Source of the DNA: Felis catus
Lineage: Eukaryota
Assembly (NCBI RefSeq): GCF_018350175.1
Contig: NC_058368.1
Coordinates: forward strand, 15,502,001 to 15,566,000
Length of the DNA stretch: 64,000 nt
Direction of reading: 5' to 3'
Shown: piece by piece, positions 51,300-63,328 of the stretch
How the letters are laid out: each line of letters begins with the position of its first letter
Numbering within the stretch: the first letter of the stretch is position 1
Program-made: the position numbers and the translations under genes
The notes under the pieces: model-generated
Told to the model about the DNA's origin: nothing
Seen by the model: only the letters and a program-made list of their open reading frames with translations
The model's database searches: none

Positions 51300-52700
51300 C
51301 AAACAGAAACTACCATGATCTGAGGCTTACCTCGTCTCACTCTCTTCTCTCACCTGTAACCTCCACCTCTCCCTTTCTGCTGGTTCTTTCCCATTAGCCT
51401 AGAAATGTGCACATGTCTCTGTCATCTTAAAAAAATAAAATAACAGAAACAAGAAAGTCCTCTTTGAATTCTGCCAATTTAATTCACACTTGACTCACTG
51501 AAAGAATAGTGCATTTCTCCATCTTCACTTTTATACTTCCCTTTCATTCAGACCCCATTGTCATCTGGCTTCTTCCCAGATTAGAAATATTGCTGGGATG
51601 CCTGGGTGGCTCAGTCAGTTAAGTGTCCAACTCTTGATCTTGGCTCAAGTCATAATCTCAAGGTTCGTAAGATCCAGCTCAGCATTGGGCTCTGCAATGA
51701 GAGCAAAGAGCCTGCTTGGGATTCTCTCTCTTTCTTTCTGCCCCTCCCCTACTCATGAAAACTCACACACTATCTCTCAAAATTAATAAATAAAACCAAA
51801 CAAAAAAATAAATCTTGTTAACAACTGTAATAACAACAAGGTGTCTATTTTTCAGCTCCTACCTTGTTTGACAACTCCAGGGACCCAACACTATTGATGA
51901 CTCCTCTTTGTGAGGTTCTTTACATAGTGGGTGTCTAGGACTCCAGTTTTTCTTCTAATTCTCAGTTCTACTCTTCCATGGGCTCCTCATCATCAATCCT
52001 CCTACTAAACAGTGGTGAGCCCCAGACCTGCATCATGAGGCCCCTTCTCTTCACGTTCTGCCTGGGCAATTGCGTCGTTGCTCACAGCTTCTCCTTAAGT
52101 TGAGAATTCCAACATCTGCATCTGCTGTGCAAACCTTCTCCTCAGCTCCTGAGCTCCAAATCTATACATCCCACAGCTCATATGGATGTTAAATAGACAC
52201 CGCAACTCAATGTAACCAGAGAGGCTTTATTTTGAAAGAAGAAAAGTTTTTCCTACTATATTCTTTATCCTCTCAGTTCTTCAACCAGTAACAAAAGAAC
52301 CAGCTTTGCCGCTTCTCTTTCCCCTTTGTCTGACCTCAATATCACTAAGACTTGTTAGTTTTCCTTATCCCCTTCTCACCATTCTCAGTGTCTTACCTAT
52401 CCCATTGTCTTCCTTCTCAATGACACTATTGTAGTTTACACTCATTATCTCCTGCCTATAACACTGTCTCCTAAACAGTCTCCCTGTTGTTATATTTGCT
52501 GCTCTCCAGTCATTCAATTCACTGCTGAAGCGATGTGCCTATAATTATAAACCTCACTCTGTTGTTGAAAACCCTCCACATTGAACATCTCTTACGCACC
52601 CCTTCAGATCCTTCAGCCTCCCTGTCTCCCAGGCCTCTGTCACTTGCTCTGCCCTAACTACAGCTACTTCACACATCTAAAATGCCTGCCTACAGAAATC
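51300..52700 (+). mobile_element. L2 fragments
   Basis: Pyrimidine-rich L2-like sequence, e.g. ctccaaatctatacatccc...atggatgttaaatagacaccgcaactcaatgt. Confidence 0.6.
51595..51810 (+). mobile_element. Older Can-SINE
   Basis: gggatgcctgggtggctcagtcagttaagtgtccaactcttgat head. Confidence 0.94.
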
Positions 52701-52771
52701 TTCTGCCTGATCCCAAGGCCTGGAGCTTCTAGCTCCCCTCCACCACTCCCGTGCTCAGATGAAGCACCACA

Positions 52772-53100
52772 TGTTAGTCCTGGTTCTCCAAGAAGCAAAT
52801 ACCAAGATTCAATTAAACATGTGCTACAGATCTGATCACTATTGAAGGAGAGAAAGAAGTTAGGAAGGTTATATAGAAGAGTCCTAGACTCCAGTGCAGT
52901 TCTAAGGAAATCTTGGCAGGAATGCTGAGACATCCACAAGCTAAAACCTCCTGTTAGAGGAGTCCCTGTCTCCTAGAAATAGACCTACCTTACTATGCTA
53001 TGATCAGCCTGCTATGATCAATCACTGGGGCAGACAGAGGAAGTGTGGCCTCTGTACCCTTAGCGTGTACACAGATCCACCAAATCATACTGCTGGACAG
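52772..53100 (-). mobile_element. ERVL-class LTR (family uncertain)
   Basis: Starts tgttagtcctggttctccaagaagca, the typical antisense 3' end of old ERVL LTRs; contains agaggagtccc and ggaagtgtggcctc. Confidence 0.55.
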
Positions 53101-53109
53101 ACACAGCAG

Positions 53110-54811
53110 CAGTCTACTATATGACGGGAGTGGCACATTTATGATGAGGCTGGAGCAGGTCCAAAATTATGAGTAAATTACTATCAACTGCTGGTCCAGA
53201 CTGCCTGCCATCTACTTCTACAACACCAGTGCCTCTCTTTCAACCCATTAATTCCTGTGCTGACCAAGTCTCAGAGGAAAAAGACACAAGACTGGCTCAT
53301 AGTGTGTTGGTGTAGCTGGAAATGAACAGTTACCACATTAGCCCCAAATGTGGGTGACTCTGAAAGATGGTCTGACATAATGACCCTGAATAGTCTCCTT
53401 GACCAGCCCAGTGCTTGTGTGATAAGCTACAGAGTAGACAGGGTAACAAAGATGAAGACTATGCATGGGCCTAGTAACAATGGCTTCTTGTCATCATCAC
53501 CAATCTGGCTACAGCCGCTTATGAGTGGCCAATGTGCCAGCATCAGAGACTAAAGATGTGCCCTCAATGTATCGCCATCCCTTTAGAGGTCATCCAACAA
53601 CTATCTAGTGGCAAGTTAATTTTTCCATGCTGGAAGGGACATTAATTATTAATCCATACAACATTGACACATACTCTGGATGGAGGGTTGCCTTTCCTAC
53701 CTGCAAAGCCTCTATTGACACCACTATCAAAGGGCTTGCAGAATGCTTTATCCTTCAACATGCTTTCCACACAATGTTAGCTCCCACGTGGGATTGTTTT
53801 CTACAGCAAAAGAGGTACAAAAGTGGACTTGTTACCAGGGGACTCAATGATTATACTACATACCCCACCAGACCAACAGAATGACAAACAGCCTGTTGAG
53901 GGCTCAACTATGGATGCAATATCTTGTGGGGTTTGGGTACTGTCTTCCAAGAAGTGATATATGGGCCAAATTGACAGGTGACATATAGTAATATGCTTCT
54001 AACAGTAAGGGTTTATGGGTCCAGGAAGCAAGAGACACACAAGTTGTCCCCTCATCATCAAACACAGGGGTCCATTGACAGGATTTGTGCTTCTACTCCT
54101 TGCAATCCGAGGTCCTTCCCAATCGGAGGCCCTAGTTCCTGGAGAAGGGGCACATCTACTACTGTATGTAAGAGTCCCATTGATTACCCCTGGACCATTT
54201 TGAGCTTTAATGACAATATTTTGAGCTTTCATGCCAACAGTCCAAAAGGTAAGGAAACGGTTTCCTGTCTTACTGATTTAATTAAAGAGCTGGTGTTACC
54301 ATCACAGGATGGCTTCAAAGGAGATAGTGTCTGAAACCCAGGGGATCCACTGGGTATCTCTCAGTACTCACATGCCCATTGGTAATGGTTAATGGAAAAA
54401 TGCAGCAGCCATGACCTAAAATGTACAGGGAAAGCAAAGGGTGAGACCACTTGAAGTTCTAGGTCACCTCACCAAGAAACCAATACAGACCAGCAAAAGC
54501 TGGCCCAGGATGAGGGAAGTATATAGAATGTATGTGAGGACAGAGATGATAAATATCAATTAGAGCCTCAGGACCAGCCCCAGCCAAAAGATTGTAGCTT
54601 ATTATTTCATTAGCCTACTTGCCTTCTTTCTGGAAATCACAACAAGTCTCCTTCCTGAGGGGAATTCTGTGATTGACCGACTTGTTCCTCCCCTCTGTGG
54701 GGAAGCAGTAAGAGCAATTTGTTCTCATAATAATAGAAGCCCAATATTGTATCACAGAAACCATATATAATGGAAGGTCACAAGCATATCTGAGGATCAT
54801 AAGAGGTCATC
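53110..54811 (+). mobile_element. ERVL internal fragment (decayed pol/integrase to PPT)
   Basis: ORF 53627-53884 reads IDTYSGWRVAFPTCKASIDTTIKGLAECFI, similar to the ERVL integrase motif IDTYSGYGFAFPA..AS..TTI.GL.ECLI; PPT-like aagaggtcatc just before the LTR. Confidence 0.8.
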
Positions 54812-55334
54812 TGTACTGGGTACATCTTATGCACTGCTTCAGATTCCCCCAGCCTCACCTGTCAATCAGCCCTTGGCTATCTGTTCTGCCTCAACCACTG
54901 CCACAATGACCGGTTCCAGACTCAGATGAAGCACCACACTGCAAGGCATGGATCTGGCTCTCTAGAAGGTGCCCAGTGATGCAGTTCAAAAGTAGAAGGG
55001 AGTTAATACCTCAACAGTGAGCTCTGTTTAATGGGAGACAAGAGAAGGTAAGATGCTATCAGATGGATTCCCTTCCCCTACACCCTCTGATGGAATGCTC
55101 TGAGGCACGTCTTTTTTGTACAGCGTCTTTGGAGCTGTTTCAAGTGGCTGAGAAACTGGCTCTGTTTCTTCGTGAAGTGATGACCAGCTTCGTAATGAAG
55201 ACCTTGTGTACCTCCCATCCTTCCCTGACTTATTGCACTTTTCCTGTCTCACTGCCCCCAGATTACCTTTCCGGGAAAGCATTAGCATTTAATCCTTACC
55301 TCTGGTTCTGTTTGATAAAGAACCTGGGCTAAGT
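54812..55334 (+). mobile_element. 3' LTR, LTR16-like (ERVL)
   Basis: TG start after the PPT; ends gcatttaatccttacctctggttctgtttg...aacctgggctaag as in the LTR16 family. Confidence 0.7.
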
Positions 55335-55689
55335 TTCACTTCACTGCTCACTCCCTCCAAAGAAAACCTCAGTTCCAGCTCCCGATGTCATTTTCACTCT
55401 CATCACCTGTGGTCCCCTACGTTCATCTTTTGGTGATCAAGCAGAGCTCTTCACAGGTTTCCAAGCTGCCCACCTTTTTCACAGCATCATACATCTGTAT
55501 CTGCTCTTTGCTGTGCCTGGAGAATACTCTCCCACCCACTCCCTCTGGTGAACTCCCCACAGTGCCAGGGGTGAAGTCAGACAACAATGAATCCAGTACC
55601 TCACGAAACTTCACTACAATTGAAATGTTTAGAAGCCTCTTTCAGTATCCTTGCTTAATACTGAAATATTAAAAGAAAAAGAAAAGAAA

Positions 55690-57420
55690 AGCCACATATG
55701 AATAGATAAACACTTATTCTTCCTCTTATGGTAAAAAAAAATACTTGAAATACAAGAAAATCACTATGGAGACAAGCTGAAATGCATTCCTTTATCAGCA
55801 AATGTAATTGAAAGATTCTCAGCAAAACTGCTGACTGTTTGAAGATGTAAAGAAATAAATATTAAAATAAGTATATAATAATACAGGTTTTCTGTATAGA
55901 TAGAAAAAAGTAAAGATATTGCTAAAAAAATCAATTTATGATATTACTAGTCTGGTTCAAAAAAGAAATAGGGGCGCCTGGGTGGCTCAGTCGGTTAAGC
56001 GTCTGACTTCAGCTCAGGTCACGATCTCGCGGTCCATGAGTTCGAGCCCTGCGTCGGGCTGTGGGCTGATGGCTCAGAGCCTGGAGCCTGCTTCTGATTC
56101 TGTGTCTCCCTCTCTCTCTGCCCCTCCCCCATTCATGCTCTGTCTCTCTCTGTCTCAAAAATAAATAAAGGTTAAAAAATTAAAAAAAAAAAGAAATAAA
56201 AAATAACTCCTTTTCTTATGAACAACTAAAGGAAAACATGTACCAAGAAGCTATATTCTCAATGGTAAATTCTTTAATGAAAACAATTATTTATGAAAAA
56301 ATTTGCTTAATTGAATGGCTACTTAAAGTGGAATAAAAAATATTCTGGGATAAAGTCAGAAACATTTCCACATATAAAATCCTGCACTGCATCATTCATA
56401 GTCAAGATGTTACAGCAAAGCAGTTGAAGCCAGGAGTGTGCCAAGTGTTAGAGATGTCAAAAATGTAGTTCCTTTCCAAGAAGACAAGATCTTTAAAATA
56501 CAGACTCTTGTACAATACTTTGTAATGACATGAGGAATAACCGTGGTAATCTTTTGAATGACACAAGGTTTGTTTGTTTTTTTCTACTTGTGGCAAAATA
56601 CATAAAAGGTTTGTTGAATATAAAGGTATTATACATCTTTATTATATAAAACACCATGCTCCAGATTTGCTGATTTTTTCTGGCATGACAATGGTTGTCA
56701 GGATTTGCTGTTGGGAAGATATTTTCATAGATTAAATACCCTTCATCACTACCTTCAAGATGAAGCTACCATTTCGATAATTTTGATTCTGATAATGAAT
56801 GAGAAAACAACTGCTTCTTGAAAACAAAAAAAATTACTCTGGGGAGAGTATTTTGAACAATGACTGATATTATTTCCATTAGCATATGATCATACAACTG
56901 ACAATAATGTATGCCACCTGTAACAACTCCTTCCTGTGCTCACATTTTAAAAGTTGACAATACATTTTTCAAACCTGTTTTCAAATCATCCACATGTGGA
57001 ATTTCATTGGACCTATACCCACTTACAAAAATACATAAAATGCAGGACTTTCTGATGAGTCTGCATAAACAACTGATTGATATCATGGAAGATGAACATC
57101 TGGTGAGTGATTTTCAACTAAAATATTTGCATAATTGGTGAATGGAATTGAAAAAACAGCATCATGATCTAGCAGGCACAACCAACAATGCACATCTTCA
57201 ATTTGTATATATGTATCTTTGTGAGGTATTTTTCTACTATGACCACCTTTAGAAACAACTATAGAAAGAAACTGAGTTTAGAACCAGAACTTAAAACCAA
57301 ATCTTTTCAAAGATAATATAGCATATCCAATGACATGTTTTCAATGATGTTTTAAAAAATGTAACTGCTTATCTCATCTTTGTCTCATCCCTTTTTAAAG
57401 TTCAATTTGCTTTTGTTTGG
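55690..57420 (+). mobile_element. Fossil Charlie-family (hAT) transposase coding region
   Basis: Broken frames give KLKCIPLSANVI, LCNDM, DIFHRLNTL..LQ and QLIDI...NW*MELKKQHHDLA...YLCEVF/STMTTFRNNYRKKLSLEPEL, matching the hAT C-terminal dimerisation motif. Confidence 0.8.
55971..56190 (+). mobile_element. Can-SINE inserted in the Charlie fossil
   Basis: Full length; TSD aaaaaagaaata. Confidence 0.97.
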
Positions 57421-57469
57421 TATATGATTCATGTATATAATAAATATACATCAATTAAGAGTACATGAC

Positions 57470-58301
57470 CATTTGGCAATGATTTCTTGGATATGACATC
57501 AAAAGTGTAGGCAACAAAAGAAAAAAGTAGATAAATTAAACTTACTAAAACTACAAACTTTTGTGCATCAAAGGACACTATCAACAGAGTGAAAAGGCAA
57601 CCTACAGAATGGGAAAGATATTTGCAAATCATGTATTTGATAAGGGATTAATATCTAGAATACATTTTTAAACACCTGCAACTCAAAAACAACAGAAAAT
57701 AAACAACCCACCTTAAAAATGGGAAAAGGACTTAGATAAACATTTCTCCAAGGAAAATACACAAATGACCAGTAAGCGCAAATCACTAGTCATTAGGGTA
57801 ATACAAATCCAAACCACAAAGAGATACCATTTCATATCCATTATAGTGACTGTTACTAAAAACAAAAACAAAACCAGAAAATAACAGGTGTTGGTGAGGA
57901 TGTGGAGACACTGGAACCCTCATACGCTGCGAGTGGGATTGTAACGAGGTGCAGCCATGATGGAAAACAGTATGGCAGTTCCTCAGAAAATTAAATACAG
58001 AATTACCATATGATCCAGCAAGTCCACTTCTAGATATATACCTGATGAAATTGAAAATAGGGACTTGAACAGACACCTGTACACTAATATTCATGTCAGC
58101 ATTATTTACAATAGCCAAATATATATTTGTTATTATATTTATATTACTGACATATAACATTAGTAATAATTGTTATTATATACTGTTATATTTTTGTATA
58201 CATTCTGTATACATATACACAATGGAACATTGTTTAACCTTAAAAAGGAAGGAAATTCTGAACAAGGTATATAATATGAATGAACCTTACAGACATTATG
58301 T
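57470..58301 (+). mobile_element. Older L1 (L1MB-like), 5' part
   Basis: ggcaatgatttcttggatatgaca, aacttttgtgcatcaaaggacactatc and agaattaccatatgatccagcaa. Confidence 0.88.
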
Positions 58302-59045
58302 AGAATTCCCCTGGAAAGCCATCTGGCCCTGGGCTCTTATTTTTTGGGAGATTTTTGATTACTAGTTCAATTTCTTTACTGGTTATGGGTCTGTTCAAAT
58401 TTTCTTTCTTCTTGTTTCAGTTTCAGCAGTTTATAATGTTCCTAGGAATTTGTCCATTTCTTCCAGATTACCCATTTTATTGGCATATAATTGTTCATAA
58501 TATTCTCTTATTACTGTTTTTACTTCTGTTGTGTTGGTTGTGATCTCTCCTCTTTCATTCTTGATTTGATTTATTTGGGTCCTTTCCTTTTTCTTTTTGA
58601 TCAAACTGGCCAGGGGTTTATCAATTTTGTTAATTCTTTCAAAGAACCAGCTCCCAGTTTCACTGATCTGCTCTGTTTTTTTTTTTTAAATTTCACTATC
58701 ATTGACTTCTGCTCTAATCTTTATTATTTCCTGTTTTCTGCTGGTTTTGGGTTTTATTTGCTGTTCTTTTTCCAGCTCTTTAAGGGGTAAGGTTAGGTTG
58801 TGTATTTGAGACCTTTATTCCTTCTTTAGGAAGGCCTGGATTGCTATATACTTCCCTCTGCGTCCCAGAGGTTTTGGGCTGTGGTGTTATAATTTTCATT
58901 GGCTTCCATGTACTTTTTAATTTCCTGTTTAATTTCTTGGCTAGCCCATTCATTCTTTAGGAGGATGTTCTTTAGTTTCCAAGTATTCATTGTCTTCCCC
59001 AATTTTTTCTTGTGGTTGATTTTGAGTTTCATAGCATTGTGGTCT
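58302..59045 (-). mobile_element. Inverted 5' segment of a carnivore/felid L1 (ORF2, end of the EN domain to [13 protein letters not shown])
   Basis: Minus-strand translation DHNAMKLKINHK...WKLKNILLKNEW...NTTAQNLWDA through [13 protein letters not shown]. Confidence 0.92.
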
Positions 59046-59950
59046 CCTATGGAATAAAGACAGTCTCTTCAGCAAATGGTGCTGCGAAAACTGGACAGTG
59101 ACATGCAGAAAAATGAACCTGGACCACTTTCTTACACCATACACAAAAATAAACTCAAAATGGATGAAAGACCTAAACATAATACAGAAAGCCATCAAAA
59201 TCCTAGAGGAGAAAGCAGGCAAAAATCTCTTTGACCTTGGCAGCAGCAACTTCTTACTCAACACGTCTCTGGAGGCAAGGGAAACAAAAGCAAAAATGCA
59301 CTGTTGGAACCTCATCAAGAATAAAAGCTTCTTTCTGCACAGTGAAGGAAACAATCAGCAAAACTAAAAGGCAACCAATGGAATGGGAGAAGATATTTGC
59401 AAATGACATATCAGATAAAGGGTTAGTATCCAAAATCGATAAAGAATTTATCAAACTCAACACCCAAAAAACAAATAATCCAATGAAGAAATGGGCATAA
59501 GACATGAGTAGACACTGCTCCAAAGAAGACATCCATATGTCTAACAGACACATGAAAAAATGCTCAACATCCCTCATCATCATGGAAACACAAATTAAAA
59601 CCACAATGAGATACCACCTCACACCAGTCAGAATGGCTAGAACTAACAATTCAGGCAACAACAGATGTTGGCAAGGATGCAGAGAAAGAGGATCTCTTTT
59701 GCACTGCTGGTGGGAATGCAAACTGGTGCAGCCACTCTGGAAAACAATATGGAGGTTCCTCAAAAAATTAAAAATAGAACTACCCTATGACCCAGCAATT
59801 GCACTATTAGGTATCTATCCAAGGGATACAGGTACGCTGTTTTGAAGGGGCACATGCACCCCAATGTTTATAGCAGCGCTATTGACAATAGCCAAAGTAT
59901 GGAAATAGCCCAAATGTCCATCAACAGATGAATGGATAAAGAAGATACAG

Positions 59951-59995
<45 letters not shown>

Positions 59996-60477
59996 GCACA
60001 CACGCACACACGCACACACGCACACACACACACACACACACAAACGGAGTATTACTCAGCAATCAAAAACAATGAAATCTTGCCATTTGCAACAATGTGA
60101 ATGGAACTACAGGGTATTATGCTAAGCAAAATAAGTCAGTCAGAGAAAGACAAATATCATATGACTTCACTCATGTGTGGAATTTAAGATACAAAACAGA
60201 TGAATGAACATAAGGGAAGGGAAGCAAAAATAACACAAAAACAGGGAGGGGACAAAACATAAGAGACTCTTTCATACAGAAAACAAACTAAGGGTTGCTG
60301 GAAGGGCTGTGGGGGGAGGGATGGGCTAAATGGGTGAGGGGCATTGAGGACACTTGTTGGGATGAGCACTGGGTGTTGTACAAAGGGGATGATCACTGGA
60401 ATCTCCTGAAAACATTATAGCACTATATGCTAACTAACCTGGATGTAAATTATCAATAAATAAGTAAATAAATAAAT
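59046..60477 (+). mobile_element. Sense 3' segment of the same L1 (ORF2 C-terminus, 3' UTR, (TAAA)n tail)
   Basis: [36 protein letters not shown] and [18 protein letters not shown] gacattatgt at 58292 and 60478. Confidence 0.95.
59954..60042. repeat. Compound (CA)n/(CGCA)n microsatellite in the L1 3' region
   Basis: Directly visible. Confidence 0.95.
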
Positions 60478-60786
60478 GACATTATGTGATGTGTGAGATA
60501 AGCCAGACACAGAAGGACAAACAGTATATCATTCCACTTATTTGAAGTATCTAGATTAGTCAAATTCATAGAAACAAACAATAGAATGGTGGTCACCAGG
60601 GGCTGGGGCTAAGAGAGGATGAGAAGCTATTGCTGAATGGGTATGGAGTTTCAGTTTGGAAGATGAAAAGTTTTGGAGATGGCTGTACAACAGTGTAGAT
60701 GCACTTTATGTCACTGAACTGTGTACATTAAAATGGTTAACTTTTATGTTGTGTCTACTTTACCACAATAAAAATAATAATAAAAG
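60478..60786 (+). mobile_element. Older L1 (L1MB-like), 3' part resuming after the insertion
   Basis: gataagccagacacagaaggacaaa...tagaatggtggtcaccaggggctgggg...cactgaactgtgtac...aataaaaataataa. Confidence 0.9.
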
Positions 60787-62865
60787 GAACATGAGTTAAA
60801 TGTATGTACATCTGAATGGCAGAGCATTCTTCGTCCTCTGCACAATGGCACATGTCCAATTAATGCCTGGGAAAGGAAGAAAGGAGGGAGGAAAGGACAT
60901 CCATCTTGGAATTATGACAGGGAGACATTATTTTCCTGTGTATGTCTTTGAAGGATACAAATATTTGGCACCCTGAGAGATACCAGCAATATGTTCTCCC
61001 AGAACATGGAGACTTTTCTCAACATCTAACCTGCCCTCCTCCATCTTCCCAAACTCTGACCCCACAGTGTTTTCAACCTCACAACGGCTGCCAAATTTGC
61101 AAATGTTAAGGGGAACTTCTGATAAGTCCTCAGTGAAATTCGTAGGAAAATCCATACCACCTTTCCTAAGCATGCAAACAGAACTGCATTCAGGCAAAAG
61201 CCTCCATTTGATATCATGTACAGGAGAAAAGGAAAGTCTACCCACATGCCTAACACCACTCCCAAATGACAGTCAGGCTCAGTGTAATAAGTGTCTTCAA
61301 GTTGCTGGGCCATGACCTAGAGCCTAATTATGATGAATTAAAATAAGCAAACTTTGCTCATTTCTCTTCTCCTGAAGTCTATGTTTGGCACCTTATTTTA
61401 ATTGAAATCTTTGGAATTAAATACTACTAACATTGACACATACAATATGGGGTAATTCTTCTAAAAGATCAGTAAAGTTTAAAACCCTGCAATGCTTTCA
61501 ACTTAAAATATCATTCTATGTTTAGGGAAACGTCAAAGACAACAGTATCCTTTTATTACAGATCACCTAGAAGACAGATAATATTTAGTATGTGTGAGGA
61601 TAAATCTGCAAAGAAAAGGAAACATCAAAAGGCTGCTGTTAGACTCTATGGTATGCCAGTGTTTAAACACCGAAAAACCAATAAAATGTCATTTCACACT
61701 TAAAGTAAGCATGCTAATCTCCAGATAGAGAAGTTATAGGAATTCTTTTTTCCTTTAAAAAAACTTATATTTTGACAGTAACTTCTGATATTAATATTAA
61801 TGCATGTTATTTTACAAACAAAATTGGTGTCGGCAGCTCAGGATACAACGTTTTACGGCAAAGGGAGAAAATATAATAGGAGTATGGGATGGAAGAACCC
61901 TTATTTTACCATTATTTTTAAATCTCTTCATTAGAAAGTATGTAATTCTATGAAGGCAGAAACCATATTATTTTGCTCATTTCTATATTCTCCCAACAAT
62001 GCTAGCACATAATAGGTATTTCATAAGTATTTGTTAAGTGGATACATAAAAGTGCAAAGTTAGGTATTCACTTAATGTATTTCAAAGGAAAATTGCCAAA
62101 AACAGGCCCGCCAAATCAGTTACAGAACTGAAACCTCATCTCACTAGGGTGACGTGACTGCCACATGACTAGCTAGTGGCAGAGTTCCAACAGAGACCAG
62201 TGTCCTCACTTCCCCAGAAATTCATGTTTCAGTTTAAAGGAGCAGAGTGAAGATCTATGTTGCTACATCAAGCTCTTCTCCAGTTATTCCCTAACAGCTG
62301 AGACAGGAAATGAGACAAGGAAGGATGAGCATCCAGCTTTCTTCAACCACTAAGAATAAAGACAGAGAGCAAAATGCCAACAGGAATGGGAGCAGATCTT
62401 GAACAAACAAGGGAAAAGAGGAGAGGGCCAGAAAGAGTCATCCTTACTAGATTTGAAGATTTAGCATTATTTTCACAACTCCCTTCATTTGCTCTGAACT
62501 AATGAATGTTCTCTGGGTCCTTCTCAGTACGAGCCTTCAACATCAAAGAAATGATTACAATGCTAAATGTTTTTTCCTATACCAAATGTGTACCATTTTA
62601 TTGAGTTTAAAGGAGATGTACCACTATATACCAAATAAAAAATAATGTTTCATATAATTAGTATTTATTTTTCCAACTACATACTTTTTGGGTAACAGAT
62701 GTAGTTACATCCCAAGGCTTACTAAAAAGACTTAATTTCTACTTTACTGAAAAATATAGAAGTTTCCATTTTTATTAAAAAACACATCAGGGGAAAGAGA
62801 AACAATTGTAAAATACAGACAATATTTAGATTCCAAAGAAAAGAGGAACATTGTATTTCCCTTAA

Positions 62866-63075
62866 ATTTTTTTTAATGTTTATTTATTCGAGAGAGAGAG
62901 AAATAGAGTGCAAGGGGGAGAGGGACAGAGAGAGAGGGAGACACAGAATCTGAAGAAGGCATCAGGCTCTGAGCTGTCAGCACAGAGCCCAACAGGAGGC
63001 TTGAACCCACAAATGTCAAGATCATGACCTGAGCCCAAGTCAGACACCTAACCAACTGAACTGCCCAGGCGTCCC
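62866..63075 (-). mobile_element. Can-SINE
   Basis: Ends ctgcccaggcgtccc. Confidence 0.95.
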
Positions 63076-63109
63076 TGTTTTTAAACAAATTATAAAAAGA
63101 GATGATCTA

Positions 63110-63328
63110 GGGGCGCCTGGGTGGCTCAGTCGGTTGAGCGTCTGACTTCGGCTCAGGTCACGATCTCACGGTTCGTGACTTCGAGCCCCGCGTCAGGCTC
63201 TGGGCTGATGGCTCAGAGCCTGGAGCCTGCAGCCTGCTTCCGATTCTGCGTCTCCCTCTCTCTCTGCCCCTCCCCCATTCATGCTCTGTCTCTCTCTGTC
63301 TCAAAAATAAATAAACATTAAAAAAAAA
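63110..63328 (+). mobile_element. Young Can-SINE with a 7-bp internal duplication (agcctgc)
   Basis: Full length, pure poly(A) tail; perfect TSD aaaaagagatgatcta. Confidence 0.97.

Noticed and set aside
59254..59763. 169-aa minus-strand ORF
   Set aside because: Common antisense frame of L1 ORF2
60304..60341. G-quadruplex motif
   Set aside because: Standard G-rich tract of L1 3' UTRs; not locus-specific
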